Part shown: in pieces, positions 55,862-59,819 of the stretch
Layout of the letters: every line of letters begins with the position of its first letter
Position numbering within the stretch: position 1 is the stretch's first letter
IMG/VR virus record: IMGVR_UViG_3300046471_000229
DNA length: 59,819 nucleotides
Source: an uncultured virus (IMG/VR IMGVR_UViG_3300046471_000229)
Taxonomy: Duplodnaviria > Heunggongvirae > Uroviricota > Caudoviricetes
Reading direction: 5' to 3' (one strand)
The notes under the pieces: model-generated
Told to the model about the DNA's origin: nothing
The model's database searches: none
The model's input: the letters and a program-made list of their open reading frames with translations, nothing else
Made by a program: the position numbers and the translations under genes

Positions 55862-58309
55862 ATGGCTTGTCAAATTTTGATGAAGCGCCCCAAACGACCG
55901 ACTGCCACCTACAACCCGAGCCAGTCTTCAATAGACTTGGAACTGATCCCTGCCGTACAGGTAGAGGCTTCTGATGGTGTATCAAATCATCCCCAACCCA
56001 CTACCTCCAATTACCCATCGAAAAGGAAGTCAAAGGTCAGTCAAGAACCACTCTCTGAGAACTCTCTCAAAAAAGTCCATTTGCTGATGGACACATTCCA
56101 CGTGCGCCGGGACATTTACGCCAAGTCCTGGATCAGTAGTCGCACCGGCAAGCCCGGCTATGCGCCGGCATGTTCGAATTACCGGGCCCCCAACATCTGC
56201 AAGAAGTACCTTGACTACTCGTTTGACTGCAAAACCTGCAAACACCGTGTTTTTGCCCCATTGACCGATCAGGTTATGTACAAACACCTGACCAAGGCAC
56301 CGCACATCGGTATCTTTCCGCTACTGCTCGATAACACCTGCTATCTCGTGGCGGTCGACTTCGACAAGGAGGATTGGAGGACGGACGTCTTGGAATTTCT
56401 GGCGTCCTGCAAGCTTTTCAGCATCCCGACAACGACGGAGATCAGCCGCAGCGGTAACGGCGCCCATGTCTGGCTGTTTTTCTCTGAAAAAGTCCCCGCG
56501 ATCAACGCACGCAAGCTGGCCCTCGGCTTGATGAGTCACGCTCAGCAGCGCACTGGTAAGATCGAATTTGACTCTTATGATCGACTGTTTCCAAACCAGG
56601 ATTTTATGCCAGCTGGTGGTATCGGTAACCTCATCGCCATGCCATGCCAATTTCTGGCCAGGTTGAACAACTTCAGCGTGTTCGTCGATCCGAATGACGA
56701 CTTCAAGCCCTACTATGACCAAATCGCGTACCTGAAGACGATCCAAAAATTATCATCAGCCGAAGTCAGCCAGAAGATCAGCGAGGTCGTTGTAGAAGGC
56801 GAGCACGAACTCGGTGTCCAGTTCATGAAAGCGGGTGATGATCACCACTTTTGGTCGGCGCCGAAATCCGCAAAAAAATTAAAATTGGACGACCTGCCCA
56901 AGGTCGTCACCATCGTGCAGGACAAAGGCTTGCAGTTCGATCTCAAGGAGCTGCCACGCCCATTTTTTGGGCAGCTGGCCAGGCTGGGAGCGTTTCCAAA
57001 CCCCGCGTTCTACATTGCTGAGGCAGGCGGCTTTTCGACATGGGGCAAGCCAATAGTGGAGCGTCGATGCGTTGTCGAGAACGGCATGTTGAGCATGCCC
57101 AGGGGCTGCCTCGACGCCGTGCTGGATTTCATCAAAAGCTATGACGTGCCCTTCTTGCTCAAGGATGAGCGTTCACTTGGGCGCCCCATTGATGTGACAT
57201 TTACCGGCACGCTTAGAGACGATCAGGCCGAGGCTCTGAAAGCGATGCTGGAGCACGATGTAGGCACCCTGAAAGCTAATCCCTCATTCGGTAAGACCGT
57301 CATCGGCGCTGCCTTGATTGCCAGTCGGCAGGTCTCAACGCTGATCGTGGTGCACCGCAGGTACTTGATCAAGCAATGGCGTTTGCGCCTGAAGCGTTTT
57401 CTGAACCTGGAAGACGATCAAATTGGTCAATTGGGCGGGCCCAAGTCGAAACCCACCGGGATTATCGACATTGTCATGATGCCCTCCCTGGGCCGCCTGA
57501 AGGATATTCAAAGCATCTCCGAAGGTTACGGGCAGGTGATCATTGATGAATGCCACCACCTCGCCGCCAAGACGTTCGAGGAGGGCCTCAACAAACTGAA
57601 GTCTCGCTATTTCGTCGGGCTCTCCGCCAAGCCTAAACGCAGCGATGGGCGCCAGCCCCTAGTCTTCATGTGCGCTGGCAACATTCGGTACATCTCCAAG
57701 CGCCCTTTAGGGGCACCGCAAGATCTGACGGTTAAATCAAAGGTCAGGAAGAAAAACATCGATCTTCCGGCGACAGCCAACACCACTGAGTTGCATTCCT
57801 ACCTGGTGGATGATCAGGAACGAACCCAGTGGCTTGTAGAGCAAGCGCTGGCGGCGTATTCCAGGGGGCGACAAGTTTTGCTTTTGACCGGGCGTAAAGC
57901 CCACTCCAAAGCCATCGCCGAGGCTCTGGATCGTAAGGTCGATCAGCTCTTTGTCCTGAGTAGCGAAGCGAAGGAGAAGGCCAGGGAGGACGTGATCGCG
58001 GCAATGGAGGCGCTGCCTGTGGATACGCCACGGGTACTGGTCTCTACATGGCAACTGGTGGGCGAAGGCTTCGATCACGCCCCGCTGAATACCCTGATCC
58101 TCTGTCTGCCCTTCTCCTGGGAAGGCACCGTCGAGCAGTGTGCAGGCCGGCTTGACCGCTACCTGCCGGACAAGCTCGATGCCGAGATCTTTGATCCGGT
58201 AGACGAAGGCCACCCTTTGGCTAAGAAAATGTGGAAAGCCCGGCAAAAGGCCTACAAGGCCATTGGGTATCGGGTCATTGATGAACGCGCTACGATGGAA
58301 ATGTTCTGA
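55862..58309 (+). CDS. TOTE-type AEP primase-like domain + SF2 (DEAD/DEAH) helicase
   Basis: AVDFDK, EISRSGNGAHVW, YDRLFPNQD...GNLIAMP; then PSFGKT, IIDECHH, GLSAKP.R.DG, GEGFD, QCAGRL.R. Confidence 0.85.
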   Translation: MACQILMKRPKRPTATYNPSQSSIDLELIPAVQVEASDGVSNHPQPTTSNYPSKRKSKVSQEPLSENSLKKVHLLMDTFHVRRDIYAKSWISSRTGKPGYAPACSNYRAPNICKKYLDYSFDCKTCKHRVFAPLTDQVMYKHLTKAPHIGIFPLLLDNTCYLVAVDFDKEDWRTDVLEFLASCKLFSIPTTTEISRSGNGAHVWLFFSEKVPAINARKLALGLMSHAQQRTGKIEFDSYDRLFPNQDFMPAGGIGNLIAMPCQFLARLNNFSVFVDPNDDFKPYYDQIAYLKTIQKLSSAEVSQKISEVVVEGEHELGVQFMKAGDDHHFWSAPKSAKKLKLDDLPKVVTIVQDKGLQFDLKELPRPFFGQLARLGAFPNPAFYIAEAGGFSTWGKPIVERRCVVENGMLSMPRGCLDAVLDFIKSYDVPFLLKDERSLGRPIDVTFTGTLRDDQAEALKAMLEHDVGTLKANPSFGKTVIGAALIASRQVSTLIVVHRRYLIKQWRLRLKRFLNLEDDQIGQLGGPKSKPTGIIDIVMMPSLGRLKDIQSISEGYGQVIIDECHHLAAKTFEEGLNKLKSRYFVGLSAKPKRSDGRQPLVFMCAGNIRYISKRPLGAPQDLTVKSKVRKKNIDLPATANTTELHSYLVDDQERTQWLVEQALAAYSRGRQVLLLTGRKAHSKAIAEALDRKVDQLFVLSSEAKEKAREDVIAAMEALPVDTPRVLVSTWQLVGEGFDHAPLNTLILCLPFSWEGTVEQCAGRLDRYLPDKLDAEIFDPVDEGHPLAKKMWKARQKAYKAIGYRVIDERATMEMF

Positions 58310-58315
58310 TGGGTC

Positions 58316-58516
58316 TTACGAGACTACTTCGAAGTCCTCGAGCATGGTGGCGTAAACTTTGTACTCCCTTGACCCAAAGCTCAGAACCACATGGTGCTTA
58401 TACACCGCAGTAACCAAGCACTCATCATCCACCGTCAAACCGTCCCACCAGCCATTTTCTACCACCTTCAGCTTCGTCGCATTTTCAATCATTTCGAGCA
58501 TGGTTGGGGTTTTCAT
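58316..58516 (-). CDS. Small hypothetical protein
   Basis: Likely ATG 58516. Confidence 0.55.
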   Translation of the reverse strand: MKTPTMLEMIENATKLKVVENGWWDGLTVDDECLVTAVYKHHVVLSFGSREYKVYATMLEDFEVVS

Positions 58517-58549
58517 TGCGCAATACCGTAATTGGGGAATCAAGGTCAG

Positions 58550-59089
58550 TCAGAATGGCGATGGCGAATCGTTCTCGCTCTCAATCTTGGGAGTTGGCAA
58601 TGGCACCGGCTTACCCGCACATACGCCAATCAATAAGACGTACTCCTCCATCGTCGGCAACTGGAGCGTGATCTGACTCCGCTCAATGCCAAGGTCGCCG
58701 GCCTCCAAACGGAAATCCACAGCCGACCAGAACGCAGTCTCGTAACCTAACTTTTTGATGTTGAACAGTTTCTTTTCCCAGGCCGTGCCATTGTGCCGCT
58801 TCGCCACAAAGTACGGCGATCCCTTATCGATCTGGATGAAAACACCAGGCAACACACCGTTCTGAGTACGGCTGACACTGTTCAGGGTCGGCTGGTTGGC
58901 TTTTCGAAGGACAATGCCGTGCTCAGCGCAGACTTGGTCGCGATATGCCGTAGCCGCGATCAGAGCGCCCTCCCGGCCACCATGATGGTGATCGTAGAAC
59001 TCCTTGCGAACCTCCGCTTTGTTGATTCGAACCATTAGCCCATTTTTGAGCTGAATGATGTAAGGCGTGGCGGCAACGGGTGGCGGCAT
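58550..59089 (-). CDS. AP2-like DNA-binding domain protein
   Basis: KEFYD..HGGREGAL.AA.AYRD and KKLFNIKKLGYE.AF..AV.FR repeats. Confidence 0.6.
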   Translation of the reverse strand: MPPPVAATPYIIQLKNGLMVRINKAEVRKEFYDHHHGGREGALIAATAYRDQVCAEHGIVLRKANQPTLNSVSRTQNGVLPGVFIQIDKGSPYFVAKRHNGTAWEKKLFNIKKLGYETAFWSAVDFRLEAGDLGIERSQITLQLPTMEEYVLLIGVCAGKPVPLPTPKIESENDSPSPF

Positions 59090-59165
59090 TGTGCGATTCC
59101 TTGGATTGTCCCTGTACAGAGAATACCAGCGTCGATACTCAGGCGGCCACCCGGTGCGGTATCAA

Positions 59166-59819
59166 TTACTGCTGAGTGGTGTTCATCGGACGCAGGTTGA
59201 TTTCAACACGACGGTTTTGCGTACGACCGTACTCGTCGGCATTGCTGGCGACCGGTTGATCCGGGCCGGCACCACGACTGTTGATGCGGGTGCCATTCAC
59301 ACCTTGCGCGATCAGGTAGTTACCCACGCTTTGGGCGCGGAGCATCGACAGGTCGAGGTTACGCTGGCGTGCACCAACGCTGTCGGTGTGGCCGACAATT
59401 TCGATGCTGCTCTGGTCGTACTGTTTCAGAGAAGCGGCCACCTGATTGAGCGGGTTGTAGAACTGGCTGGCAACGTCCGATGAGTTGCTGCTGAAAGTAA
59501 CGCTTCCCGGCATGATCAACTTGATCTGGTCACCCTGGCGCTGAATGTCAACGCCGCTGTTGGCCAACTGGTTACGCAACTCGGCTTCCTGCTTGTCAGC
59601 ATAGTAACCGTAACCGGTACCTGCTGCGCCACCTACCAGCGCACCAATCAGCGCACCCTTGCCACGGTTTTTATGGCCACCCACCAAAGCACCGGTGGCA
59701 GCGCCAGCCAGCACGCCGATCCCACCGTAGGTCGCAGTTTTGTTGATGCCGTCAACGGCACAGCCAGAAAGCATGGCCAACACGGTAGAAGCCACGATTA
59801 AACGCAGAGAGGTTTTCAT
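59166..59819 (-). CDS. OmpA-family lipoprotein (YiaD-like) with glycine zipper
   Basis: LSGC lipobox, GA..GA repeats, VGHTDSVG...NLDLS..RAQSV...NRRVEI; start at the window edge. Confidence 0.92.
   Translation of the reverse strand: MKTSLRLIVASTVLAMLSGCAVDGINKTATYGGIGVLAGAATGALVGGHKNRGKGALIGALVGGAAGTGYGYYADKQEAELRNQLANSGVDIQRQGDQIKLIMPGSVTFSSNSSDVASQFYNPLNQVAASLKQYDQSSIEIVGHTDSVGARQRNLDLSMLRAQSVGNYLIAQGVNGTRINSRGAGPDQPVASNADEYGRTQNRRVEINLRPMNTTQQ

Noticed and set aside
1..59819. Prophage or IS element call
   Set aside because: No structural phage, terminase, integrase or transposase genes were recognised in the window.

Overview
A gene-dense segment of mostly hypothetical, largely minus-strand genes that looks like a Pseudomonas megaplasmid or jumbo-phage-like element. 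This is inferred from the AmrZ-like Arc regulator, copies of housekeeping-type genes (PhoH/PIN ATPase, YccF, Orn, OmpA/YiaD lipoprotein), many dispersed paralog families and the absence of core chromosomal operons. No transposase, integrase or CRISPR array was seen. The main finding is a compact operon at about 40.8-42.6 kb (minus strand). A sigma70 promoter drives an atypical tRNA with a G3-U70 pair and A73, a long variable arm and an enlarged anticodon loop containing GCUA. It is followed by a Pth2-type peptidyl-tRNA hydrolase, a hypothetical gene and an HD-domain gene. The Pth2 and HD genes begin with an identical 33-nt leader, ATG TTG TAG C..., and their coding frames are reached only by a +1 shift at or before UAGC, which suggests a self-contained tRNA-dependent recoding system. 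Other notable items are a ~600-nt promoter-to-terminator candidate structured ncRNA (46.75-47.4 kb), a shared C-terminal tail on more than a dozen unrelated proteins (candidate T4SS translocation signal), three ART-PolyVal-like proteins and several paralog families. All family assignments come from motif recognition by eye; no searches were run.
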